Notes under the pieces: generated by a model
Seen by the model: only the letters and a program-made list of their open reading frames with translations
Told to the model about the DNA's origin: nothing
Database searches by the model: none
Assembly: GCA_963749075.1 (NCBI GenBank)
Contig: CAVVLJ010000002.1
Coordinates: 1-64,000, forward strand
DNA: 64,000 nucleotides
Source: an uncultured Pseudomonadota bacterium
GTDB lineage: Bacteria > Pseudomonadota > Alphaproteobacteria > JACZXZ01
Direction: 5' to 3'
Part shown: one piece after another, positions 41,056 to 50,436 of the stretch
How positions within the stretch are numbered: position 1 is the stretch's first letter
How the letters are laid out: every line of letters begins with the position of its first letter
Made by a program: the position numbers and the translations under genes

Positions 41056-41937
41056 GTGAAGCACGCCATCGATCATCTCGTCCTCGCCGTGAGGGACCTC
41101 GACGCGGCGCGCGATTTCTACGCCCGCCTCGGCTTCACGCTCACGCCGCGGGCGCAGCATCCCTTCGGCACGGCCAATCATTTGGCCCAGCTCCAGGGCA
41201 ATTTCCTCGAGCTCCTCGCCGTGGCGGAGCCGGAGCGCGTGCCCGAGGCGGCACCCGGGGAATTCAGCTTCGGCGCCTACAACGCGGCCTTTCTCGCGCG
41301 GCACCAGGGCATGTCGATGCTGGTCTTTCCGAGCGACGACGCGCGGCGCGACCGCGAGTGGTTTGCCGCGCGCGGCCTCGGCAGCTACGCGCCCTACGAC
41401 TTCTCGCGCGCGGCACGGCTGCCCGACGGCAGAAGCGTCACGGTCGCCTTCTCGCTCGCCTTTGCCATGCACCCGGAGATGCCCGATGCCGCCTTCTTCG
41501 TCTGCCAGCAGCACGCGCCGCAATATTTCTGGAAGGCGGAATACCAGCGCCACGCGAACGGCGCGCGGGCGGTGGTGGAGGTGCTGATGCTCGCCGAGGC
41601 GCCGGGGATGCTCGGCGATTTCTTGGCCCGCCTCCTCGAGCCGGCCGCCGCGAGAGAGGAGGGCGGCGCCCTCCGTCTGGCGCTTGAGGGCGGCTCGCTC
41701 ACCATCCTCGATCCCGGACAATTCCGCGTCCGCTACGGTGCCATGGGTGCCTCGCTCGATGCCGCGGCCGGCCCGCGCTTCGCGGGCTATCGCGTGGCGG
41801 TCGAGAGGCTGGAAACCGCCGACGCCATTCTCAGCCGCAATCGGGTGCCGTTCCGCCGCGCGGACGGCAGGCTGCAGATAGCACCCGCGGACGCCTTCGG
41901 GGTGCTCGTCGAGTTCTCGGCTGTGGGCAATGCCTGA
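41056..41937 (+). CDS. VOC / glyoxalase-like domain protein
   Basis: IDHLVLAV.DL, LGFTL, HPFGT.N, FLELL, FFVCQ, HANGA. Confidence 0.87.
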   Translation: MKHAIDHLVLAVRDLDAARDFYARLGFTLTPRAQHPFGTANHLAQLQGNFLELLAVAEPERVPEAAPGEFSFGAYNAAFLARHQGMSMLVFPSDDARRDREWFAARGLGSYAPYDFSRAARLPDGRSVTVAFSLAFAMHPEMPDAAFFVCQQHAPQYFWKAEYQRHANGARAVVEVLMLAEAPGMLGDFLARLLEPAAAREEGGALRLALEGGSLTILDPGQFRVRYGAMGASLDAAAGPRFAGYRVAVERLETADAILSRNRVPFRRADGRLQIAPADAFGVLVEFSAVGNA

Positions 41938-41968
41938 TGACGAAACCACTGCGGCGGCGGGGATATCC

Positions 41969-42907
41969 ATGAGCATGATCGACCGGAGCGACATCGCCGC
42001 TACCGAGCGCGTCATCAGGCCGCACATCCGGCGCACGCCCGTCCTCGAGGTCGCGGGCGGCGACTTCGGCCTGGAGGTGCCGAGCCTGTGGCTCAAGCTC
42101 GAGCAGCTCCAGCACGCGGGCTCCTTCAAGACGCGCGGCGCTTTCGCCAATCTCCTCACGCGCGAAGTCCCGGCCGCGGGAGTCGTCGCCGCCTCGGGCG
42201 GCAACCACGGGGCGGCCGTGGCCTATGCGGCGATGCGGCTCGGCGTGCCGGCCAAGATTTTCGTCCCGAGCATCTCCTCGCCCGCCAAGATCGCGCGCAT
42301 CCGCGGCTACGGCGCCGACCTCGTGGTCGGCGGCGAGCGCTACGCCGACGCGCTTCAGGCAAGCGAGGCCTGGGTGGCGAGATCGGGCGCGCTCGCCGTG
42401 CATGCCTTCGACCAGCGCGAGACGCTCCTCGGCCAGGGCACGCTCGGGCTCGAGATCGCGGAGCAGCTTCCCGAGCTCGACACGCTCCTCGTCGCGGTCG
42501 GCGGCGGCGGCCTCATCGGCGGCATCGCCGCCTGGTGCGAAGGCCGCATCCGCGTCATCGGCGTCGAGCCCGAGGCGGCACCCACGCTCGCCATGGCGCT
42601 CGAGGCCGGGCGGCCGGTCGATGCTCCGGCCGGCGGCATCGCCGCGGACTCGCTCGCCCCGCGCCGCACGGGCGAGCTGGTCTTTCCCATCGCACAGCGC
42701 TTCGTCGAGCGCGTGGTGTTGGTCACGGACGACGCCATCCTGGCGGCGCAGGCAACGCTTTGGGACAAGGCGCGGATCGTGGCCGAGCCGGGCGGCTCCG
42801 CCGCCATGGCCGCCCTCCTCTCGGGGCGCTACCGCCCCGCGCGCGAGGAGCGCGTGGCGGTCGTCGTGAGCGGCGGCAATACCGTCGCGGTCGATTTCAA
42901 GCGCTGA
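41969..42907 (+). CDS. Threonine/serine dehydratase (PLP-dependent)
   Basis: RRTP, KLE.LQH.GSFK.RGA, ASGGNHG, VGGGGL, EPGG, SGGN; alternative start 41930. Confidence 0.9.
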   Translation: MSMIDRSDIAATERVIRPHIRRTPVLEVAGGDFGLEVPSLWLKLEQLQHAGSFKTRGAFANLLTREVPAAGVVAASGGNHGAAVAYAAMRLGVPAKIFVPSISSPAKIARIRGYGADLVVGGERYADALQASEAWVARSGALAVHAFDQRETLLGQGTLGLEIAEQLPELDTLLVAVGGGGLIGGIAAWCEGRIRVIGVEPEAAPTLAMALEAGRPVDAPAGGIAADSLAPRRTGELVFPIAQRFVERVVLVTDDAILAAQATLWDKARIVAEPGGSAAMAALLSGRYRPAREERVAVVVSGGNTVAVDFKR

Positions 42908-42925
42908 GGAGAGCGGCGGCGGCGC

Positions 42926-43912
42926 TCATTCGCGGCCGAGGGTGCGGTCGAAGAAGCTGAGGATTTCCGCGTCGATCTGACGATGGATGGCCTCCCGGTC
43001 GACTCCCGGCGCATCGTTGCAGAGGAGCGGCAGCTCGGCGGCCAAGGCCGGCGGGCAGGGTGCGAGGAAGACGTAGTGGCCGCCCGGAACGCTGGCATGC
43101 TCGATCGGCCGCGGCAGTGCCGCGAGCACGCGATCGGCGTTCCAGGCATTCACCAGCACTTGGTCGTCCGCCGCCTCGTAGAGCCTGAGGGGGATGTCGA
43201 CGCCAGCCAGCCCGGCCTTGTCGAAGAGCACGCCGAGCGGCGCCATGACGACGGCGGCCTTGACGCGCGTCTCGTGCGGCAGCTGCCAACCCGGCCGCGT
43301 GACGCGCACTCCGCCAGGGGGATGCGCGCCGCAAATCTCGCGGTCCTCGGGATGCTCGGCGCAATGGGCCTTCCAGAGTGCGAAATCGGGCCTGGCGCCG
43401 GCGATGACGAGCGTGGTGTAGCCGCCCGCCGAGAAGCCCGCCATGCCGATGCGCGCGGGATCGACGGCTTGGGCGAGACGCGCGTCGCCCAGCACGGCGT
43501 CGAGCGTCGCCACGATCTGCCACGGCCGGCCGATGAGCTGCACGTCGCTGCCACGCCCCTCCGGCCGGTCGTAGCTGTCGCCGAGGTGGCGCGGTGCCGC
43601 CACCACGATGCCGTGGCGCGCGAGATACTCGGCGAGGTCATGGTGCCCGAGGTCGCTGCCGCCGCTGCCGTGGGAGATGACCACGAGGCGGTGCTTTCCG
43701 GGCGCCGGCGGCGCATTCATCGCGGCGGCGATCGTGAAGGGGCCGAGCTGGATTGCACTCTCGGCCGCCGTCGTCGGATACCAGAGCGAGACCGGCACCG
43801 GCGGATCGCCCGGCGCCGTCAAGCGCAGATAACCGGCATGATAGGGCTCGCCGGCGCCGCCGGCTGCCAGGAGCATGGCAGCAAAAAACGCCGCCGCGCA
43901 GATTGCCTTCAT
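42926..43912 (-). CDS. Exported alpha/beta hydrolase (dienelactone hydrolase-like)
   Basis: Signal peptide MKAICAAAFF, LWYP, ISHGSGG, GFSAGG nucleophile motif, GHY.FL.PC. Confidence 0.85.
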   Translation of the reverse strand: MKAICAAAFFAAMLLAAGGAGEPYHAGYLRLTAPGDPPVPVSLWYPTTAAESAIQLGPFTIAAAMNAPPAPGKHRLVVISHGSGGSDLGHHDLAEYLARHGIVVAAPRHLGDSYDRPEGRGSDVQLIGRPWQIVATLDAVLGDARLAQAVDPARIGMAGFSAGGYTTLVIAGARPDFALWKAHCAEHPEDREICGAHPPGGVRVTRPGWQLPHETRVKAAVVMAPLGVLFDKAGLAGVDIPLRLYEAADDQVLVNAWNADRVLAALPRPIEHASVPGGHYVFLAPCPPALAAELPLLCNDAPGVDREAIHRQIDAEILSFFDRTLGRE

Positions 43913-44013
43913 GTCTTCACCATAACCCGCAAGGCTAAGCGACGACGGTCCGCGCGTCCACCGCTGCGACGCGCGGGGGTGCCAGCGCCGTCGGCCTGAC
44001 GCCGCACCCGATC

Positions 44014-44060
44014 TATAATCAACAATATGGTTGACTATCAACCAAATCGTTGATTATATC
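44014..44060. promoter_or_regulatory. Tandem operator palindromes ATCAAC-N6-GTTGAY overlapping a promoter
   Basis: ATCAAC-AATATG-GTTGAC (44018-44035) and ATCAAC-CAAATC-GTTGAT (44037-44054); TTGACT at 44031. Confidence 0.7.
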
Positions 44061-44067
44061 CACGGCG

Positions 44068-44481
44068 ATGCCACGGAGAGCACATGCTTCGGCCAGTCTC
44101 GACGAGACCGATGCCGAGATCCTCGACCGCGTCTTTGCGGCTCTCGCGGATCCCGTCCGGCGCGCCATCCTGGCGCGGCTCGACGGCGAGGAGCTGCTCG
44201 TCTCCCAGCTGGCCGAGCCCTTCGCGATCTCGCTCCAGGCCGTCTCGCGCCACATCCAGGTGCTGGTCGCGGCCGGGCTGGTCACGCAGGCGCGCGAGGG
44301 GCGGATCAGCCGCTGCCGCCTCGACGCGGGACCCATCTATCGGGCGGCGGTGTGGGTCAATCGCTACAGCAAGTACTGGCAGTCGCAGTTCGACACCCTT
44401 GCCGCCTGGCTGGACGCGACCGAGCGCAAGCGCTCGCGCGCCGCGAGGCGAGGCAAGCGGCAAGGCAAGCGCAAACCCTGA
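44068..44481 (+). CDS. ArsR/SmtB-family transcriptional regulator
   Basis: LDRVFAALADPVRRAIL.RL, ISLQAVSRHI.VL..AGLV, GR. Confidence 0.88.
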   Translation: MPRRAHASASLDETDAEILDRVFAALADPVRRAILARLDGEELLVSQLAEPFAISLQAVSRHIQVLVAAGLVTQAREGRISRCRLDAGPIYRAAVWVNRYSKYWQSQFDTLAAWLDATERKRSRAARRGKRQGKRKP

Positions 44482-44516
44482 CGAGGCACCACGGCAATGC
44501 CGGAAGGAGGAACGTC

Positions 44517-45086
44517 ATGTCCTATCGCGAAACAGCGGAGAAGCTGGGCCGTTTCCGAGAGGAGATCGCGGGCTTGCGCAAGAAGATGCGCGCGCTCCAG
44601 CAGTCGATCGAGCCGGAGGAGGTGAAGGACTACGAGCTCGCCGGGGAGGGCGGTCCGGTCCGTCTCTCCGCGCTCTTCGGCGACAAGGAGCATCTCTTCG
44701 TCATCCACAACATGGGTGCGGGCTGCCGCTACTGCACCCTCTGGGCCGACGGCTTCAACGGCATCCTGCCGCACCTCGAGGACCGCGCCGCCTTCGTGCT
44801 GGCCTCGCCGGACGAGCCGGAGAAGCAGGCGAAGTTCAAGGCCTCGCGCGGCTGGCGCTTCCGCATGGTCTCGCACCGCGACACGAGCTTCGCCGCCGAC
44901 ATGGGCTACCGGGGAGAGAAGGGTTGGCTTCCCGGCGTCTCCGTCTTCACGCGGCGGGGCGGCAAGATATTGCGCGTCTCCGATACGAGCTTCGGGCCCG
45001 GGGACGACTTCTGCGCGCTCTGGCACTTTCTCGACCTCCTTCCGGAGGGTGCCGGCGAGTGGGAGCCCAAGTACAAGTATCAGTGA
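44517..45086 (+). CDS. DUF899-family thioredoxin-like protein
   Basis: VRLS.LFGDK..L.V.H.MG..CRYCT.WAD, GWRF..VS, PGVSVF. Confidence 0.85.
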   Translation: MSYRETAEKLGRFREEIAGLRKKMRALQQSIEPEEVKDYELAGEGGPVRLSALFGDKEHLFVIHNMGAGCRYCTLWADGFNGILPHLEDRAAFVLASPDEPEKQAKFKASRGWRFRMVSHRDTSFAADMGYRGEKGWLPGVSVFTRRGGKILRVSDTSFGPGDDFCALWHFLDLLPEGAGEWEPKYKYQ

Positions 45087-45099
45087 GGGAGACCCGGCC

Positions 45100-45630
45100 A
45101 TGCCCTTCGAGTTCACGCTTTCGGACACCGTCCCGGCGAGCCCGCGCGCGGTCTACGACGCCTGGCTCTCGAGCGGCGGCCACGCGGCGATGACCGGCGG
45201 CAAGGCCGCGCATGCCGCCGCCGCGGAAGGTGCCGAATTCACGGCTTGGGACGGCTACATCTCGGGCCGCAACCTGCGCCTCGAGCCGGGCCGCCGCATC
45301 GTACAGTCCTGGCGCACCACCCGCTTCACGGCGGCGGACGCCGATTCCGAGATCGACGTCCTCCTGGAGCCGGTGCCCGGCGGCACGCGGCTCACGCTCC
45401 ACCACAGCAACGTGCCGGACGGCCACACGAGCTACCGCGACGGCGGCTGGCAGAGGAGCTATTTCGAGCCGATGAAGCGGTTCTTCGCCGGAGAGAGCGT
45501 GAGCGGCCCAGGGTCTAAACCCGACCTCCTCAGAACTCGACGTTCGAGCTCCTCGAGCTCGTCGGGCTCGGCCTTGGCCGCGGCGACCCATTCCGCCATG
45601 TCGGGCAGCGCCATGATGCGGCGGCAGTAG
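45100..45630 (+). CDS. SRPBCC/AHSA1-domain protein (3' end uncertain)
   Basis: VYDAWL, FTAWDGYI.G, PG.RIVQ.WR, GW...YF.PM; conserved part ends near 45495. Confidence 0.8.
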   Translation: MPFEFTLSDTVPASPRAVYDAWLSSGGHAAMTGGKAAHAAAAEGAEFTAWDGYISGRNLRLEPGRRIVQSWRTTRFTAADADSEIDVLLEPVPGGTRLTLHHSNVPDGHTSYRDGGWQRSYFEPMKRFFAGESVSGPGSKPDLLRTRRSSSSSSSGSALAAATHSAMSGSAMMRRQ

Positions 45631-46184
45631 TCGGCGCAGTCGCGAGCGAGCTTCACCTCGTAGGTGAGGAAGCGCGTCACCACCGGCGCGTACATGGCGT
45701 CCGCCATGCCGGGCTTGCCGAAGAGATAGGGGCCCTTCTGGGCGGCGAAGCAGTCCTGCCAGATGGTGACGATGCGGTCGATGTCGGCCTGGGCGCCCGG
45801 CCACACCTTGAAGCCGGGGTAATGGGCCTTGAGGTTCATCGGCAGCGCCGAGCGCAGGTTGCTGAAGCCGGAATGCATCTCGCCGCAGATCGAGCGGCAG
45901 CGCGCCCTCGCCGCGCGCGTGGCCGGGAGAAGCCCCGCCTTCGGCCGGATCTCGTTGAGGTACTCGGCGATCGCGAGGGTGTCCCACACCGCGATCCCGT
46001 TATGGGTCAGGCAGGGCACGAGGAAGGAGGGCGAAAGCAGCAGGATCTCGGCGCGCGTCGAGGGATCGTCGAGCGAGAGCATCTTCTCCTCGAAAGCGAG
46101 GCCCGCCATCCTGCAGAGCAGCCAGCCCCGCAACGCCCAGGCGGAGTAGGTCTTGCTGCTGATGGTGAGCGTGGCCTTGGCCAT
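45530..46184 (-). CDS. Glutathione S-transferase family protein (apparent +1 frameshift near the C-terminus)
   Basis: YS.W.LR.WL, LLSPS.LVP.L, WDTLAI.EYL, EMHSGF..LR, ADAMYAPV; removing one T at 45543-45544 restores ELEELDVEF-stop. Confidence 0.85.
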
Positions 46185-46306
46185 GGGCATCGTCCCCTCG
46201 TTGGGCGCCGCTCCGGCGAACGGCATTGCCAGCCTCAAGCATTGCCCCAGAGAGGCCGCGCCGTCCAGCGCGAAGCAGCACCCCATCCGCCCGCTCATGT
46301 TGCACC

Positions 46307-46321
46307 GCAAGAAGCGTGCCA
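46307..46321 (-). promoter_or_regulatory. Sigma-54 promoter (TGGCAC-GCTTC-TTGC) upstream of the GST gene
   Basis: Exact -24/-12 consensus and spacing on the minus strand. Confidence 0.65.
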
Positions 46322-46444
46322 GGCGAGAGGCCGCGCGGCTGACCGTCATATTGCTGTCGCAGCGCAGCACGACATGGTTTAACCTTCGCCCGGAAGGGTG
46401 CGCCGAGGGATGCGGCAGGCCCGGGGGAGACGGCGCGAGGGGAG

Positions 46445-47662
46445 ATGATCTACCGAGCCTATCAGGCGCATAACGACATGGTGGATCCCATAAGGGCGAT
46501 GGCGCAGGTGGCCGCCATCGCCCTCAATTTCCCGCTGGCCCGCTTCTCAGAGCAGCTCCTCGTGCGCAACCTCGCCGCCGCCTACGAGCTTTGGGCGCGC
46601 GCCGGCCTCTCCCACCAGCGGCCCGCCTTCGGCATCGACGCGGTCAGCGTCGGCGGCCGCGAGGTGGCGGTGCGCGAGGAGGCGGCGGACAGAACGCCGT
46701 TCGGCACCTTGCTGCGCTTCAAGAAGGACGCAACACCGGTGCAGCCGCGCGTGCTCCTGGTGGCGCCGATGTCGGGCCATTTCGCGACACTTCTGCGCAA
46801 CACGGTGCGCACTCTCCTTCCCGAGCACGACGTCTACGTGACCGACTGGCACAACGCGCGCGACGTGAGCCTGCGCCACGGCCGCTTCGATTTCGACGAT
46901 TTCATCGACCACATCATCCGCTTCCTCGAGGCGCTCGGCCCGGGTGCCCACGTCGTCGCCATCTGCCAGCCCTCGGTCGCGGTGCTCGCCGCCGTGGCGC
47001 TCATGGCCGAGGCGGACCACCCCGCCCAGCCGCGCACCATGACGCTCATGGCCGGCCCCATCGACGCGCGGGTGAGCCCGACCAAGGTCAACGAGCTCGC
47101 GACCTCCCACCCGATCGCCTGGTTCGAGCGCAACCTCATCGGGCGCGTGCCGCTGCGCTACGCCGGCGCCTTTCGCCGCGTCTATCCCGGCTTCATGCAG
47201 CTCGCGGGGTTCATGAGCATGAACCTCGAGCGGCACGTGAAGGCGCATTTCGACCTCTTCGACAACATCGTGCGCCGCGAGCGGCAGAAGGCGGCGGCGG
47301 TCCGCACCTTCTACGACGAATATTTCGCGGTCATGGACCTGCCGGCGGAGTTCTATCTCGAGACCGTGCGCCTCGTCTTCCAGGAGCACGCGCTGGCGCT
47401 GGGACAGCTCGTCTCGCGCGGCCGCAAGATCGACCCGCGCGCCATCCGGCGCACCGCGCTCCTCACCGTCGAGGGCGAGAAGGACGACATCTGCGCCGTC
47501 GGCCAGACGCTCGCCGCCCAGGAGCTCTGCAGCAGCCTGAGGCCCTATCTCAAGCGCCATTACGTGCAGGCCGGCGTCGGCCACTACGGCGTCTTCAGCG
47601 GCCGGCGCTGGAACAACGAGATCTACCCGCTGCTGCGCAACCTCATCCTGCAGCGGGATTGA
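46445..47662 (+). CDS. phaZ: Intracellular polyhydroxyalkanoate depolymerase
   Basis: VAPMSGHFATLLR.TV, VYVTDW, AICQP, RRVYPGF.QL, LLTVEGE.DDI, GHYGVF.G.RW. Confidence 0.93.
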   Translation: MIYRAYQAHNDMVDPIRAMAQVAAIALNFPLARFSEQLLVRNLAAAYELWARAGLSHQRPAFGIDAVSVGGREVAVREEAADRTPFGTLLRFKKDATPVQPRVLLVAPMSGHFATLLRNTVRTLLPEHDVYVTDWHNARDVSLRHGRFDFDDFIDHIIRFLEALGPGAHVVAICQPSVAVLAAVALMAEADHPAQPRTMTLMAGPIDARVSPTKVNELATSHPIAWFERNLIGRVPLRYAGAFRRVYPGFMQLAGFMSMNLERHVKAHFDLFDNIVRRERQKAAAVRTFYDEYFAVMDLPAEFYLETVRLVFQEHALALGQLVSRGRKIDPRAIRRTALLTVEGEKDDICAVGQTLAAQELCSSLRPYLKRHYVQAGVGHYGVFSGRRWNNEIYPLLRNLILQRD

Positions 47663-47708
47663 GGGGGCGGTTACGAACGGCGCTCACGCTGCCGGCCGGT
47701 TCCCTTTC

Positions 47709-47997
47709 TGAGCTGGTCCTGGAAAATCGGACCGGGTGCTAAGGCGCATCCGAACCAGGCGAGCGCGTGGAAGCGCCAGGCGATCGACGGCTTGGGCGAG
47801 GCGTTGAACGGCGCGCTGGCCGGATGCGGCCGGCCTGAGATCTTCAACGCCGATCGGAGCCTGCCCCTGCGGAGGCGGCGGGCAACCAGTTCACCCGCCT
47901 CGACGTCACCGGCGTGCTCAAGGACAGGGAGACCGCGATCTCGATGGACGGGCGGAGGCGATGCCCGGACAACATCCTCATCGAGCGCCTCTCGTGG
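47709..47997 (+). mobile_element. Degenerate IS3-family remnant (left end plus orfA/orfB fragments)
   Basis: Starts TGAGCTGGTCCTGGAAAATCGGAC; fragments HPNQ..AWKRQ, RPEIFN.D, QFT, ISMDGR, DNI.IERL. Confidence 0.75.
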
Positions 47998-48843
47998 TCA
48001 GCGACCCCGACGCTGCCAGCTGCCGCGCTCGACGGCGCCGAAAAAGTTCAGAACGGCCTCGTTGAAAGCAGCCGGCTCCTCCAAATTGATGGCGTGCCCG
48101 GTGCAGGGCACGACCCACAGGCCGGACCCGACAATCATCCGCTTCAGGTACAGGCTCGGCTGCAGGCAGTGCTCATCCTCGTCGCCAGTCATTACCAGCA
48201 CCGGGGTGGACAGTTGCTTCAACTCCGCTTCGAACTCATGAAGCGCCGGACGCTTGCCCTGGACGTTTCGCAAGGTCAGGGACGACCCGGTCGCCGAATG
48301 TTCGTACAAGCAGCGGATAAATTCGTCCCAGCCTTTCGGATCCTTGCGGCGTAACTGGATGCGGGAAGGATCGATGCCGGCGGCGGCGACCATTTGCTCG
48401 ATTCCCGCGGCGAGGATGCGGTCCGCGCGCGCCGGGATATCGCGAAGATACGCCTCGCGAGAGGACGGATCGGAGCCCGAGCCACATCCCGCAACCACGA
48501 GCGCGCTCGCCTTGCCGGGATAACGCAGGCCAAAGACCAATGCGGCATACCCGCCCATGCTGAGCCCCACGATATGAGCTCGATCGATGTCGAGATGGCG
48601 CATCACCGCAGCGATGTCGGCAGCCGCATGCTCGTAGCCATAGGCCGCGTTCCCTCCGGGAACGTCCGAGGGAGGAAAGCCTCGAGCGTTAAAGGCGATG
48701 CAGCGATAGTGGCGAGAGAACCAGCTGACCTGATGGTCCCAGCTCCGATGATCGCCGCCGAACTCATGGACGAAAAGCACCGGATAGCCCGATCCGGTTT
48801 CCTCGAAATAGAGCTTCGCTTCCGAAGACTGAGCGTAAGGCAT
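47998..48843 (-). CDS. Alpha/beta fold hydrolase
   Basis: LYFEETGSG.P.LFVHEFGGD, NARG.PPS, VGLSMGG, GDED, GHA.NLEEP. Confidence 0.9.
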   Translation of the reverse strand: MPYAQSSEAKLYFEETGSGYPVLFVHEFGGDHRSWDHQVSWFSRHYRCIAFNARGFPPSDVPGGNAAYGYEHAAADIAAVMRHLDIDRAHIVGLSMGGYAALVFGLRYPGKASALVVAGCGSGSDPSSREAYLRDIPARADRILAAGIEQMVAAAGIDPSRIQLRRKDPKGWDEFIRCLYEHSATGSSLTLRNVQGKRPALHEFEAELKQLSTPVLVMTGDEDEHCLQPSLYLKRMIVGSGLWVVPCTGHAINLEEPAAFNEAVLNFFGAVERGSWQRRGR

Positions 48844-49166
48844 AAGAGCGCGTCCCAAGGCTTTTTCAGCCCGATGATGCCACATATCTATATATCCATC
48901 GCGATGCTTGGCATCATGATCAATCGTAGCAGTTCCCCGCTCGAATACAACCAAGCTGGAATAACGCCGTCGCTAAGGCCAGAATTTCGTCGGACAACGC
49001 TATCGCTTGACAGTCATATTGCGCACCAATTAGGGTCAATGACAATATCGAGTCGGCGCAGGGCTTGATAGGGACGTAGCGGCCGAGGAGACTCGATCCG
49101 GTGACGCGCGGCCAACAGCATGCCGTCTACGCCCGTTGCGGTGCCAACTAAGGAACGACGAGAGCC

Positions 49167-50141
49167 ATGCTCAGTGCAATAGGATCACGCATCGTCGCCA
49201 GTGCCGCCTTACTCTTAGCGGTTGCAACGACGCCACTACCGGCGAACGCCGGGTACCCAGACAGGCCGGTGAAAATACTGGTGCCGTACCAAGTAGGCGG
49301 GGCCACGGACTTCATCGCGCGCCTGGTCGCGCAGAAGCTCGGCGAGGAATTCAAGCAGCCTGTGATTGTCGAGAACCGGCCGGGCGCCGGTGGAATGATC
49401 GCTGTTACGGCGGCCGCCAGGGCGGCGCCCGACGGCTACACGATCCTGATCGACGCGCCCGGCGTCGTTCTCAACCCCAGCTTGTACCGCACGGTTACGT
49501 ACGATCCGAAGGATCTGCAACCGGTTGCGCAATTGATGACGTCACCATTCGTGATCGTCGTAAATCCGAGCGTCCCCATCAGGAGCGTCACCGGGATCGC
49601 CGAATACGCGCGGAAGAATCCCAGCAAGTTCAATGTTGCAACCGCTGGCAACTCGACGTTGCTCGCAGCCGAGATGTTCCGGCTGATCGCCAACGTCGAC
49701 TTCACGTTCGTGCCGTACAACGGTGCGGCGCCAGCCAGCTTGTCGGTGGTGACCGGCGAGACGCAGATGATGTTCAGCGACTTCACCTCGTTCGCCCAGC
49801 ACATCCTTAGCGGCCGCCTTCGAGCGCTCGCCGTCGCGGGCGAGAAGCGCATGCCGATGCTGCCCGACGTGCCGACCACCAGGGAGGCCGGCATGCCGGA
49901 ATATGTGGTGAGCAGCTGGTTCGGGGCGTTCGTTCCCTCGGGCACGCCGCCCGACATCGTGCAGCGGCTCAATGCTGCGATCAATCGCGCCGTCATGCTG
50001 CCCGACGTCGTTGCCCGATTGGCCGCGCTCGGCGCCGAGCCGGTCGCGCTAAGCGTCGATGCGTTCAGCCAGTTCTACCGCAGCGAGCTGGTACGCTGGA
50101 AGGACATCGTCGCGCGGGCAAAGGTGCCGCTGATCAACTAA
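49167..50141 (+). CDS. tctC: Tripartite tricarboxylate transporter substrate-binding protein (Bug/TctC)
   Basis: YPDRPV, GGATD..AR, VENRPGAGG, PDGYT, VPY.G, LPDVPT..E.G. Confidence 0.92.
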   Translation: MLSAIGSRIVASAALLLAVATTPLPANAGYPDRPVKILVPYQVGGATDFIARLVAQKLGEEFKQPVIVENRPGAGGMIAVTAAARAAPDGYTILIDAPGVVLNPSLYRTVTYDPKDLQPVAQLMTSPFVIVVNPSVPIRSVTGIAEYARKNPSKFNVATAGNSTLLAAEMFRLIANVDFTFVPYNGAAPASLSVVTGETQMMFSDFTSFAQHILSGRLRALAVAGEKRMPMLPDVPTTREAGMPEYVVSSWFGAFVPSGTPPDIVQRLNAAINRAVMLPDVVARLAALGAEPVALSVDAFSQFYRSELVRWKDIVARAKVPLIN

Positions 50142-50145
50142 TTAG

Positions 50146-50403
50146 CTAGCAGAAACCGCGACATCGCACGGGACGCGCGCGGCGTGTCGCGGCCGCTGTC
50201 GCAAAGCTCGAAGATGGCTTGCCCTGAATGAAGCCGAAGCCCGTCTTCTTCTCCCGTGCGCCACGCGCCCGCAAGCTCACATCGTCGAGGACGGTGACGA
50301 GTTCGACATGAGAACCCTCGGCTTCGGCATCGATACCCTGGGGAAGGTCGTCGACGATGACCGCGATTTCGCCTTCGAAGTCGATCTCGTCCGGCGGCGA
50401 CAA
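50146..50403 (-). pseudogene. Fumarylacetoacetate hydrolase-family gene fragment
   Basis: IDFEGEIAVI.DD.P.G, DVSLR, GFGF.Q.KPSSSF; both termini missing. Confidence 0.65.
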
Positions 50404-50436
50404 ACGAGCAACCTTTGCGCTCTAAGGAGGACACCA

